Assembly (NCBI GenBank): GCA_964645785.1
Contig: CAZYAV010000006.1
Coordinates: 1,327-65,326, forward strand
Reading direction: 5' to 3'
Source of the DNA: an uncultured Oscillospiraceae bacterium
GTDB lineage: Bacteria; Bacillota; Clostridia; Oscillospirales; Ruminococcaceae
Length of the DNA: 64,000 nucleotides
Shown piece after piece: positions 15,910-24,963 of the stretch. Numbering within the stretch: the stretch's first letter is position 1; each line of letters opens with the position of its first letter. The notes under the pieces are model-generated. The model saw nothing but the letters and a program-made list of their open reading frames with translations, made no database searches and had not been told where the DNA came from. Both the position numbers and the translations under genes were made by a program.

Positions 15910-15938
15910 AGTTTATCAGATTAAAGCGTTGCTGTCAA
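15910..15938 (-). promoter_or_regulatory. promoter of the SSS transporter gene
   Basis: Minus strand: TTGACA (15938-15933), 17-nt spacer, TAAACT (15915-15910). Confidence 0.5.
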
Positions 15939-16843
15939 TCTTCCTTCCCCGTTCCGGCGCCGCGCCGTACCCGCCGCGGCGCTTCCACGCACCAGGTTGC
16001 CTCTTTACTTCCGCCCAAAAATGGTCTACACTAACGAACGGAACGTTCGTGTTCAATTTATGTATGCGCAAATTATGGTCGGTGAAAAAAGCGCTTTTCG
16101 GATCCCGCAGGCAGTTTGCGGACGGTTCCGTCCGGGACTTCCCCTGCGGGATTTCGGCCGGGTGACCCGCGCAGCCGTGCGCCTCTCCCTCTGCTGTACG
16201 AACGCGGCGGATGGGCGCCGGAACGGGCAAAAGTATTCGAATAATAATGAATCCAAATACACACCGGCAAACAGAAGCTCCTGCCATGAACCCCCTTGAA
16301 CCGGTGCATTTGATTTTATCAGCCAATCATAAATGCCGCCGCATCCGCCCGGCCGCCTGTCCGGGCAGCTCTGCCTGTCCGAAAACCGGGCGCGCCGGCC
16401 TCCCGGCAGGTCACGCCCGGTTTGTAAAAGGCAGTCGAACTCCGCCAAAAAGCAGCTGATTTTTAAAAAGAAATGCTGTCCAACAGCGCTTTCCCTGTTT
16501 CGTCTATGACACTTGCTTCGTGCTTGTATTTGGCGATGCCTATCCCGCAGTAGAACATGGCGACTTCCCCTCATTCTTTACTTCCAGGCAGAGTTCCCTC
16601 ACGCTTCTTTGCGGGACACAACCTCGTCAGATATGCAGCGCATCTTCGCTATCCGGCTCATTCGTGTCCGCCCGCAAAGACTTCAGGCGCAGTTCTTTAC
16701 ATGGAAGCCTTTGCTTCAAGGAGGCGATCTGCGCCCTCTGCCTGCCGGCCTTATTATCTCATCTGGCCGATGAAACAACAAGTGGGTTTTATGTGATCCC
16801 CCACACTTAAACCGTAATTCTATTATACGAGGAGGCAACCGTC

Positions 16844-17554
16844 TTGCAGACGAAATCGCCCGTGCGTGCGGCGCTCGCCGCCGCATTTCCGCACACCATC
16901 CCGATCATGGCCGGCTTCCTGTTCATGGGCACCGCCTACGGGGTGTATATGAACCTGTCCGGCTTTCCGCCCCTCTACCCGGTTCTGATGAGCGTCCTCG
17001 TCTTTTCCGGCACCGCGCAGTTTGTCGCCGTCAGCCTGCTGCTCGCCCCCTTCGACCCGGCCGGGGCGTTCGTGCTGATGCTGATGACCGGCGCGCGGCA
17101 CCTGTTTTACGGGCTCGCCATGCTCGACAAGTACAAGGGCACGGGCTGGAAAAAGCCCTATCTGATTTTCGCCATGTGCGACGAGACCTTCACCGTCAAC
17201 TGCACGGTCGACCCGCCCGCCGGAATCGACCGCGGCTGGTTCATGTTCTTCGTCTCCCTGCTCGATCAGCTTTACTGGGTCGCCGGCACGGCGGCCGGCG
17301 CGCTGTTCGGCAGCCTTGTGCAGTTCAGCGCCGAGGGGCTGGATTTCGTGATGACCGCGCTCATTCTCGTGCTGTTCATCGAGCAGCTGCGCAAGGAAAA
17401 AAGCTGTCTCAGCGCCGGGGTCGGGGTGGCTGCCTCGGTTCTCTGCCTCGCCCTGTTCGGGGCGGACGGCTTTCTCGTCCCCGCCATGGCGGGGATTCTC
17501 CTGCTGCTGACCCTGCTGCGCGGCACACTCGAAAAACAGGAGGCGGCCTCATGA
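16844..17554 (+). CDS. azlC: AzlC family branched-chain amino acid exporter subunit
   Basis: 236 aa. TTG start 8 nt after GAGGAGG. Multi-TM protein followed by an overlapping azlD-like gene. Confidence 0.85.
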   Translation: MQTKSPVRAALAAAFPHTIPIMAGFLFMGTAYGVYMNLSGFPPLYPVLMSVLVFSGTAQFVAVSLLLAPFDPAGAFVLMLMTGARHLFYGLAMLDKYKGTGWKKPYLIFAMCDETFTVNCTVDPPAGIDRGWFMFFVSLLDQLYWVAGTAAGALFGSLVQFSAEGLDFVMTALILVLFIEQLRKEKSCLSAGVGVAASVLCLALFGADGFLVPAMAGILLLLTLLRGTLEKQEAAS

Positions 17555-17877
17555 CCACGGCTCAGCTGTTCATCACCATCGGGATGCTGATCCTCGCCAC
17601 CTCCCTGACCCGGTTCCTCCCCTTCCTGCTCTTCCCGCCCGGCCGCCCCACCCCGCCGTATGTCCGCTATCTCGGCAGATCGCTGCCCGCCGCGGCCGTC
17701 GGGATGCTTGTGGTCTACTGCCTTCGGGGTGTCAACTTTCTCGGCCCGTCCCACGGCCTGCCCGAGCTGATCGCCTCGGCCTGCGTCGTCGGGCTGCACC
17801 TGTGGAAGCGGAACACGCTGCTGTCCATTGCGGCGGGCACCGCCGTGTACATGCTGCTCGTCCAGCTGGTTTTCTGA
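17551..17877 (+). CDS. azlD: AzlD family branched-chain amino acid exporter subunit
   Basis: 108-aa hydrophobic protein. ATGA overlap with the azlC stop. Subset of ORF 17176..17877. Confidence 0.8.
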   Translation: MTTAQLFITIGMLILATSLTRFLPFLLFPPGRPTPPYVRYLGRSLPAAAVGMLVVYCLRGVNFLGPSHGLPELIASACVVGLHLWKRNTLLSIAAGTAVYMLLVQLVF

Positions 17878-17882
17878 CCCGC

Positions 17883-18119
17883 TCACCGGCTCTCCACAAA
17901 CCAGCGCGGGTTCTCATAAAAAAGATACCGCTCTTTTCCGCTTATGCGCACTGTGAACCGCAGCCCAAGGCCGCCCGCTTTGGTGCTTGCCCGGCGCCGG
18001 ACGTCCAGCACCCGGTCGATTGAAAACACCCGGTCATCCGCCCAGATGATGTGGGTCGGCACAATGTTGCCGTCCGTATCGGTCTCCGCCCGCACGCGGA
18101 CATAGGTTTTGTAATCCAT
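17883..18119 (-). CDS. small conserved-looking protein co-transcribed with dinB (unknown function)
   Basis: 78 aa, RBS AAAGGA, 60 nt downstream of the dinB stop on the same strand. Confidence 0.5.
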   Translation of the reverse strand: MDYKTYVRVRAETDTDGNIVPTHIIWADDRVFSIDRVLDVRRRASTKAGGLGLRFTVRISGKERYLFYENPRWFVESR

Positions 18120-18179
18120 CTCGTATCCTTTCTGCGGTCTCCGCCCGCTCGCCCCCTGCCCCGCGGGGGGCTTTTTGCT

Positions 18180-19421
18180 TTATCGGAAATAGCTCTCCGG
18201 GTGGATCAGGTGATCCCCCTTGGGGTTTACGGCCGACAGCTGCCGGTCGGTCAGCATCAGACCCCGCTGCACGATTTTCGCCCCAAACCGGTCGCGCAGC
18301 CCGTCCACGGCGCGCTCCAGCTCCTCCTGCCTCTGCACCCGCTGCATCTCCGGGAAAATCGAAAGCTGCGTGACCCTGTCCTCCTCCAGCGCGCATGCCC
18401 GCACCCCGAGCGACCGCACCGGGTGCTCCCGGAGATTGTGCCGGGAAAGCAACGCAAACGCGGCGCGGAAAATGGTCTGCGCGTCCCCGGTCGGGTAGGG
18501 CAGGGGCGCCTGCCGCTCATAGGTATACAGCGCCGCGTCCCGCACCTGCAATTGAACCGTGTTGCAGCGGCGTCCCTGTTCCCGCATACGGGACGCGACG
18601 CTCTCGCAAAGCAGATGCAGCGTAATTTTCGCGTCCTGCTCCGTGACGATGTCGCGCGGCGCGGTTGTGCTGTTTCCGATGGATTTGACCGGCGGGTCGG
18701 TCTGATACTGCCGCACGGGCGCGTAGTCCTGCCCGTTCGCCCACCGCCACAGCATCACGCCGTTTTTCCCCAACAGCCCGCGCAGCGCCTCCGGATCCGT
18801 GTCTGCCAGCTGCCCAAGCGTATGCACCCCAAAACGCGCCAGCTTCCGGGTCGTGGCCTGTCCGATATAAATCATCTCGTTCGCCGCCAGCGGCCACACG
18901 ATTTCCCGGTAATTTTCCCGCGAGATCACCGTCGTTGCGTCCGGCTTTTTATAATCCGAACCGAGCTTCGCGAACACCTTATTGAAGGACACCCCGACCG
19001 ACGCGGTAATTCCCAGCTCCTCCCGGATGCGCCCGCGAATCTCGTCCGCAATTCGCTTTCCGTCCTCGAACCGCTCGACCCTGCCGCTCAGATCCACCCA
19101 GCACTCGTCCGGGCCAAAGCTTTCCACCCGGTCGGAGTAATCGGTATAAATTTCGCGCGCAAGCCTCGAATGCTTCTGATACAGCGCATGGTGCGGCTTG
19201 ACGATAATCAGTTCGGGGCATTTTTCTCTTGCCTGCCAGATTGCCTCGCCGGTTTTGATGTTGTACTGCTTTGCCACCCCGTTTTTGGCCAGAATGATGC
19301 CGTGGCGCAGCTCCGGGTCGCCCGCAACCGCAACCGGGAACGGCCGCAGCTCCGGGTGATAAAAGCACTCGACCGCGGCATAAAATCCGTTCAGGTCGCA
19401 GTGCAGAATCGTCCTGTCCAT
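18180..19421 (-). CDS. dinB: DNA polymerase IV (Y-family)
   Basis: 413 aa. N-terminus MDRTILHCDLNGFYAAVE...; length and motifs typical of DinB. Confidence 0.9.
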   Translation of the reverse strand: MDRTILHCDLNGFYAAVECFYHPELRPFPVAVAGDPELRHGIILAKNGVAKQYNIKTGEAIWQAREKCPELIIVKPHHALYQKHSRLAREIYTDYSDRVESFGPDECWVDLSGRVERFEDGKRIADEIRGRIREELGITASVGVSFNKVFAKLGSDYKKPDATTVISRENYREIVWPLAANEMIYIGQATTRKLARFGVHTLGQLADTDPEALRGLLGKNGVMLWRWANGQDYAPVRQYQTDPPVKSIGNSTTAPRDIVTEQDAKITLHLLCESVASRMREQGRRCNTVQLQVRDAALYTYERQAPLPYPTGDAQTIFRAAFALLSRHNLREHPVRSLGVRACALEEDRVTQLSIFPEMQRVQRQEELERAVDGLRDRFGAKIVQRGLMLTDRQLSAVNPKGDHLIHPESYFR

Positions 19422-19605
19422 TTGGCTCCCCTCTTCCGCGTCCGGGTCGGGCTCGGGATTTTAGAACGTTTGTTCTTTTCTCTATTGTACACGCCCGCTT
19501 TTCAAATGTCCATATGGAATATCTGGAAAATCCTCCTGTTTGTTCGCCGGACGGCGCTCGTCCCGCCGCCGCCCGAAATTTCGCAAAAGCTTCCCGCCCG
19601 GGGTG

Positions 19606-19635
19606 TTGACAAACGGCCGCCGCCTTTGCTATAAT
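19606..19635 (+). promoter_or_regulatory. promoter of tRNA-Leu(GAG)
   Basis: TTGACA, 18-nt spacer, TATAAT, about 25 nt upstream of the tRNA. Confidence 0.6.
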
Positions 19636-19659
19636 ATATCACGCAAACAGGCTATCCAT

Positions 19660-19744
19660 GCGAGTGTGCTGGAATCGGCAGACAGGCACGTTTGAGGGGC
19701 GTGTGTCTTATGGCGTACGAGTTCAAGTCTCGTCACTCGCACCA
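19660..19744 (+). tRNA. tRNA-Leu (GAG), class II with long variable arm
   Basis: 85 nt. Acceptor GCGAGTG/CACTCGC, anticodon stem CACGT/GCGTG with loop TTGAGGG, T-arm GAGTTCAAGTCTC, encoded CCA. Confidence 0.9.
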
Positions 19745-19745
19745 T

Positions 19746-19781
19746 GTCGGAGCAAAGTATGCTTTGCTCCGACATTTTTTT
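19746..19781 (+). terminator. intrinsic terminator (GGAGCAAAG...CTTTGCTCC family hairpin)
   Basis: GTCGGAGCAAAGTATGCTTTGCTCCGAC followed by ATTTTTTT. Confidence 0.75.
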
Positions 19782-19840
19782 GCAAAAATGCCATCCACTC
19801 CGCTCCCTTGCTCCTCCTCTCCGCAAAAAGTCACGCTCGG

Positions 19841-19870
19841 CTCCGGCTGCTCGCTGCCAGCTTTTTGCGG
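19841..19870 (+). repeat. partial copy of the dispersed intergenic repeat family
   Basis: CTCCGGCTGCTCGCTGCCAGCTTTTTGCGG matches the 5' part of 20811..20919 and 45637..45746. The whole 19746-19870 stretch is a shortened version of 20624-20840. Confidence 0.7.
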
Positions 19871-20042
19871 CGCCAAGCGGGCGGGTTTTTCCGTAGGGGG
19901 AACGCTTTCCCTTCCCGGTGGAGGTTTGCGCCGCATTTGCTCTGTGTTTCCCACATCTGTATTGTCAACTTGAATCAAAACAAATTGACCGGCCATCAGA
20001 TAGTTGGTCTGTCAATTTTTTATATTGGGCAGGGGTGATTTT

Positions 20043-20585
20043 GTGAAAGGGTTCCAACGAAGCAATCCGCTCTTCTCTCTTTGCGGATTAAACTGCGGGC
20101 TGTGCCCCATGCGGTTGGGCAATTACTGCGGCGGCTGCGGGAACGGGAACCAATCCTGCAAAATCGCACGGTGCAGCCTGGAGCACGGGGGAATCGAATA
20201 CTGCTATGCGTGCGGGCAATACCCGTGTGAAACGTATCAGCACATAGATGATTACGACTCGTTCATCACGCACAGGCGCCGAAAGGCGGATTTTGAACGG
20301 GCGCAAAGCATCGGAATCGAGCAGTATACTGCTGAGCAACGCGAAAAAATGCGGATCCTTTCCTACCTGCTTTCTCACTTTAACGACGGGCGCAGAAAAA
20401 ACTTCTTTTGCGTAGCGGTCAATTTACTAGAGCTTTCAGAGCTAAGAGCGGCGGAAAAGCAGATACGCGCCCATGACGAATTGCCCTCCCTGCCGCTGAA
20501 GGAACAGTGTTTGTATGTGGTCGAAATACTCCAAGGCCTTGCCGCCAAAAGAAATATAGAACTGAAGCTCATGAAGAAAAAATAA
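20043..20585 (+). CDS. DUF3795-like Cys-rich protein
   Basis: ORF 20004..20585; the GTG at 20043 has the better RBS. Cys pattern LCGLNCGLCPMRLGNYCGGCGNGNQSCKIARCSLEHGGIEYCYACGQYPCE. G+C is visibly lower than in the neighbours (not computed). Confidence 0.7.
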   Translation: MKGFQRSNPLFSLCGLNCGLCPMRLGNYCGGCGNGNQSCKIARCSLEHGGIEYCYACGQYPCETYQHIDDYDSFITHRRRKADFERAQSIGIEQYTAEQREKMRILSYLLSHFNDGRRKNFFCVAVNLLELSELRAAEKQIRAHDELPSLPLKEQCLYVVEILQGLAAKRNIELKLMKKK

Positions 20586-20623
20586 TATACTCCGCGCTGT
20601 CCATCCTGTTTCTCTATTCCGCG

Positions 20624-20656
20624 CCGGAGCAAAGCCCGCTTTGCTCCGGCATTTTT
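20624..20656 (+). terminator. intrinsic terminator (same hairpin family)
   Basis: CCGGAGCAAAGCCCGCTTTGCTCCGG followed by CATTTTT. Confidence 0.7.
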
Positions 20657-20810
20657 GCAAAATACCATCTCCCGTCGTCCGTCTCGAACTTTGTATCGTT
20701 CGCGACGGCTTTTCTTTGAAACGCCATCGGCTCCCTTGTGTCGCCACGCCTTCTCTGCACAGAAAAGTCACACTGCGCCTGCGCCGCCCGCTTGTAAACG
20801 CGCGCCTGAC

Positions 20811-20919
20811 GCTCCGGCTCGCTGCCAGCTTTTTGCGGTTAAAGGCTCGCAGCTTTTGCCCTATGATTGTTTTTCCAGTTCTTTCGTTCCAGTGCAAAGC
20901 CCGCTTTGCTCCGGCTTTT
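20811..20919 (+). repeat. dispersed intergenic repeat, full copy 1 (~109 nt, ends in a terminator-type hairpin)
   Basis: Aligned by eye to 45637..45746: about 9 substitutions and 1 indel. Confidence 0.85.
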
Positions 20920-21043
20920 TATGCAAAGTCGCCTCCCCTGCCTGCCTCCCAACAATCCCCTCTGCGTCGTTTTGTCTCTCGGCAGCGCGCCCAAAGCCCT
21001 TCCCTTTTGCACGGAACCGCTTCTCCCCCCCTACCCTACGCAA

Positions 21044-21067
21044 TAAAAAGGCGGGGTGAAACCCCGC
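21044..21067 (-). terminator. intrinsic terminator (minus strand)
   Basis: Minus-strand reading: GCGGGGTTTCACCCCGC followed by CTTTTTATT. Confidence 0.5.
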
Positions 21068-21306
21068 AAAACGCCTCTCCCTTTTCCGTATAGGCTCCTT
21101 TGCCGGTTTCCCTGTCCCGGCGATACGGGAATGCTGTGACAGCAAGCAGGGGCAACGGCGTTCTCCGGGCGGCTAAAAGTGCAACGCAAAACCGAATAAG
21201 CATAAAGAAAGCAGCGGAGGCCAAGGCAAAAACTTTGTCCTCCGCTATTCGTTTTGATATCAGGACCCCACCATCACAGCAAAGCCGCCAAAGAGAGATT
21301 CGTTTA

Positions 21307-21561
21307 CTACCCAAGCCGCCGCCAAAGCAGACGCTGCGGCTCAGCAAAATGCGCCGCTGCGTCTTCCCGCAAAAGTTGGCGGCGCGTCGCGGTATGCGCG
21401 CCCGTCTTTGCGCGCTTCAATCGCCGCATGGAAGTGAACGCACCGGCAAGCCCGACACTCCACCCCAAAACGCGCCAAAAGAAAACAGGCAGGATGCAGC
21501 GCAGCATGGCATCCGCCCGGCCAGGCCGCAAGCCCCGCAGCCACCCGACGTTTGCGCGCAT
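21307..21561 (-). CDS. possible small membrane protein (84 aa)
   Basis: Subset of ORF 21307..21585. The ATG at 21561 lies 5 nt after a perfect AGGAGG. One hydrophobic segment (MLRCILPVFFWRVLGWSVGLAGAF). The rest is Arg-rich, so it may be spurious. Confidence 0.25.
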   Translation of the reverse strand: MRANVGWLRGLRPGRADAMLRCILPVFFWRVLGWSVGLAGAFTSMRRLKRAKTGAHTATRRQLLREDAAAHFAEPQRLLWRRLG

Positions 21562-21812
21562 TACATCCTCCTGTAAAAAAAGCAAACGAAGAAAGAAGAA
21601 TTAGAAGAATTAAAAGTATTCCGTTGAAACCGATAACCATCCGCTTCGCTGCGGCAACGGCCGTGTGGGGGCAGCTGCACGCCACAAGGCGCGTATACGG
21701 GCGGCCTGCGTCAAGGCCGGGCACACGCCCTCAAAATTCAAATCTCCCGGTCTGCGGCCGCCTGCCTGCGCAGTGCGGGAAAGCGGGGCGGCCGCCTGCG
21801 TCAGGCCGCCGG

Positions 21813-23540
21813 TCAAATGCCGCTTTGCTGTGCAGCCGCCTCCCGGCGAGCGTTCGTCTGCGAGCCCTCCTTTTCCCGCTGCTTCATCAGCGCCGCGTAG
21901 CGCAGCATCTGTTTGCGGGAGGTAACGCCCAGCTTATTGTAAATGTTTTTGTTGTGGAATTTCAGCGTGTTTTCGGTGATTCCAAGCGCGGCGATAATCT
22001 CTTTCGCGCTTTTCCCGTCCAGATACAGCGCAAAGATTTTCGCCTCCGCCGGGGTGAGCCTGTGAATCCCCTCCGAAAAAAAGCGGAACTCATCCGGATC
22101 CACTTCCTGTGTGCGGGCATAGGCCAGGCGGGAAATCTCCCGCTGTGCCGATTGATATTCGCGGCTTACCTGCCGCAGCTCGTTTTGCAGGTGATCCAGC
22201 CTGCCGCTCGCCTCCTGCTTTTCCCGGTGCAGCGCGGTCAAAGCCGCCTCGTGTTCCTGATCCTGCTGCGCGAGAAACGCAAACAAATCCCCGATCTCCA
22301 AAACGCGGGAACCCACCTGCTCTGCCCCGCCGCCGTCCTTGATCCGCTCTAAATCCTTTACGATCGGGGTAATGTATCTCTTGCTGCCCCAGAATGCCGC
22401 GGCGAAAATGAACGCCGCCACAATAAGCAGAACCGCCGCGGTCTTATGCTGCGCGGCCTTTACGGGCGCGCGGTAATCCCCGGCGGGGATCATCACCGCG
22501 ACAACATGCTCCGTCCTCCCCAGCGCCACGAGCTGCATTTTGCCGATATACTCGGCCTCCCCGTCCTCGCCGTAAAAGGTGGCCACTTCCCCCTTTTCGT
22601 CCACCGTAAAGGGGATGTGCGCGGAAGAAAAATAGCCGGATTGGTTCCCGGAAGCCTGCCCGGTAAGCCCTGCTTTCTCGCGATCCAAAAGGGCGCAGAC
22701 GAGGTTGAGCTGCTCTGCCTGCGGCGTCTGGTTCAAAAGCTTAAAGTACAGGCTGCTGATTTCAAAGCCGCACACGCCGATGACCTGCCCCCCAAGGTCA
22801 AGCACCGGCACGCAGAGCAGGCGCACCGTTTCCCAGCTGTCGGGCAGCGGGTAGACCCGCGTGAGGAGATAGGCCTCGGCGGGGTTCCCGCCTTCCTCCC
22901 GCATCATCGCCTCCGCCTCCGGGAAAAGCCCCTCCTGCGTCTCCAGCTGCCAGGTGCTGTAGAGGTTGATGCCGTTTGCCCGCGCAACCGAGGCAAAGCC
23001 CCGGAACAGGCAGACATCATTCTGAACCGTATTTTCGGCGTAGAGGTTGGCGAACTTCAAATAGATTCCCTGATAGCTTTTTTGGGGCAGGGCATCGTTG
23101 ACCGTGGTGTTCAAAAAGCAGAACGCCCCGCTGCAGGGCACGCGCAGCATGCTGCTGTAGACGGCGTCAAACAGCCTGTTTTGAACGGCCGTTAAGGCAT
23201 CCGGGTCGTTGCGCAGCCCGACAAAGGAGATTCCGACATCGGAAAGCTCCTCCCGGAGCGCTGCCGTCAGCTGCCGGGACAGTTCCGCCGCGTAAGCCGC
23301 CTGATTGTCGCACTGCCGCTTAATCGAATCGGCGGCGCTTTCCAGCTGGCGCGCCAAAGCCCGCTGCGTCTCGGCGCTGACGGGGTCGATGAGGCCGGAG
23401 AGCAACAGCAGCATCACGAGAAAAAGCGCAAGGAAAAGCATGATGGCCGACAGGTAACCGACCAGACGGCGGCGCATGGAAACACCCTGCGCCGCCGCTG
23501 TTTTCAGTGCGGCGGGTATCTCTTGCAGGCGCAGCCTCAT
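21813..23540 (-). CDS. membrane-bound LuxR-family transcriptional regulator with extracytoplasmic sensor region
   Basis: Subset of ORF 21813..23609. The ATG at 23540 lies 5 nt after GAAGGAGGAG. Two TM segments bracket a ~340-aa domain, followed by a coiled coil. C-terminal LuxR/GerE HTH: LTPAEAKIFALYLDGKSAKEIIAALGITENTLKFHNKNIYNKLGV. Confidence 0.8.
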   Translation of the reverse strand: MRLRLQEIPAALKTAAAQGVSMRRRLVGYLSAIMLFLALFLVMLLLLSGLIDPVSAETQRALARQLESAADSIKRQCDNQAAYAAELSRQLTAALREELSDVGISFVGLRNDPDALTAVQNRLFDAVYSSMLRVPCSGAFCFLNTTVNDALPQKSYQGIYLKFANLYAENTVQNDVCLFRGFASVARANGINLYSTWQLETQEGLFPEAEAMMREEGGNPAEAYLLTRVYPLPDSWETVRLLCVPVLDLGGQVIGVCGFEISSLYFKLLNQTPQAEQLNLVCALLDREKAGLTGQASGNQSGYFSSAHIPFTVDEKGEVATFYGEDGEAEYIGKMQLVALGRTEHVVAVMIPAGDYRAPVKAAQHKTAAVLLIVAAFIFAAAFWGSKRYITPIVKDLERIKDGGGAEQVGSRVLEIGDLFAFLAQQDQEHEAALTALHREKQEASGRLDHLQNELRQVSREYQSAQREISRLAYARTQEVDPDEFRFFSEGIHRLTPAEAKIFALYLDGKSAKEIIAALGITENTLKFHNKNIYNKLGVTSRKQMLRYAALMKQREKEGSQTNARREAAAQQSGI

Positions 23541-23562
23541 CACGCTCCTCCTTCTTTGCCTC

Positions 23563-24918
23563 TTACCCCGCTGCTGTGGCATCCCGAATCTGCGCAAGCG
23601 AGGCTGCAAGCAGCTCTTCCATCACGGCCTGTGGTTCTTCCCCGTTCTCCACCCGGCGGACATAGTCCATGTGCGCGCCGGCCAGAACGTCCTTGACAAT
23701 CTCCTCAAAGTGTTCCTGCGTCCCGCCTGCCCCGTCATACAGCGGCAGCGTGCAGAACGTATAGACGCCGTACATTCGCTCCACCGTGTCGTACAGCAGC
23801 CGGTATTTCGGGTTTTCCACCCGGCTCCTCTCCGAGGGCAGGGCGTCAAAAGCCTCCTTGGTGACCGGGAGATATCCAGAAGCCAGCACAAAATCGAGGT
23901 TGTGCTGCCGTTCGGTGATCCATCCCGCAAAGACGGCGGCCGCCTCGTTTTTGCGCTCGTCCCCGCTTTTTACCGCAAACAGGCCGGCGCCCCGCTGCAG
24001 CACCACCGGGGCGGCGCCGGCAAAGGTGGGATAGGGATATACCGCCGTTTCAATCGCCTCGGTTGTGTTGTCGGTGTAGGTCACATAGTCCCGCAGATAC
24101 AGAATCCCCGCCGTGGAGCCGATGTTGCTGATGACCTCGGCGGTTTTCCAGCGGTCGGAGGCATAGCCGCCCCCTGTGCAAAGCCCCCCGTGAATGGCGG
24201 CCTGCGCCATCGGCAGATAGACCTGCTCAAATTCCCCGCTTTGGCAGTCCGGTCTGCCGTTTTGGATAAACTGCCCGCCCAGACCCGCGATGTTGACCAA
24301 AAAGTAGTGGTAAAAATCGTTGATCTGGAACATATCCAGCCCGCCCGACCAATCGTAATACCGGCTGCAAAGCGCAAAGAGCGATTCAAAATGAAGCAGC
24401 TCCTCCTCCGACGCCCCCGTATCCGCCGCAAAGCGGTCGAAGAGTGTCCGGTTCAAAAATAGCAGCTCGGTGGATTTGGCGATGGGCAGCGCAAGCAGCC
24501 GCCCGCCGACGGTTCCCTCGCTCAAAAACGCGTCCACATAGGCGACGCGCTCCGCCTCGCAGAGGTAGTCGTTCCAATCCAGCAGCCGGTCAAGACCGAT
24601 TTCCTCCGCCACGCGCGGATAGGCGGTAAACAGATCCGGCATGGGCGCCGCGCCCGGTTCCCCATGGGCGGAGGCCGCCAGCGCCTCGTCGATTTCGGAG
24701 GAGTTGGTGACCGAGACGACCGAGACGAAAACCCCGGCCTCCTTTCCCCTTGTCGCGTTGAATTCGTCAATCAGCTCGTTGAGCGGCGACTCGGTCTGGC
24801 TGCCGTAAACGTGCCAGATTGTCAGCGTAACCGGCTCGTCGGCCTCTCCCTGGGCGCAGCCCGCCATACTGCCTGCCAGCAGAAAAGCGGCAAGAATTAC
24901 ACACAAAGCCTTTTTCAT
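23563..24918 (-). CDS. ABC-type extracellular solute-binding lipoprotein (sugar-binding family 1-like), no cognate permease adjacent
   Basis: Subset of ORF 23563..24948, start MKKALCVILAAFLLAGSMAGCAQ (lipobox). TLTIWHVYGSQ... is typical of SBP_bac_1. Confidence 0.8.
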   Translation of the reverse strand: MKKALCVILAAFLLAGSMAGCAQGEADEPVTLTIWHVYGSQTESPLNELIDEFNATRGKEAGVFVSVVSVTNSSEIDEALAASAHGEPGAAPMPDLFTAYPRVAEEIGLDRLLDWNDYLCEAERVAYVDAFLSEGTVGGRLLALPIAKSTELLFLNRTLFDRFAADTGASEEELLHFESLFALCSRYYDWSGGLDMFQINDFYHYFLVNIAGLGGQFIQNGRPDCQSGEFEQVYLPMAQAAIHGGLCTGGGYASDRWKTAEVISNIGSTAGILYLRDYVTYTDNTTEAIETAVYPYPTFAGAAPVVLQRGAGLFAVKSGDERKNEAAAVFAGWITERQHNLDFVLASGYLPVTKEAFDALPSERSRVENPKYRLLYDTVERMYGVYTFCTLPLYDGAGGTQEHFEEIVKDVLAGAHMDYVRRVENGEEPQAVMEELLAASLAQIRDATAAG

Positions 24919-24963
24919 TTGGGGTTCCTCCCTGCATCGAACGGCCAAACGGAGCGGCCGGTT

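Noticed and set aside
15916-16574. Minus-strand ORFs of 136 and 173 aa in the SSS-azlC spacer
   Set aside because: Overlapping alternative frames with Arg/Cys/Gly-rich composition, no RBS and no family resemblance.
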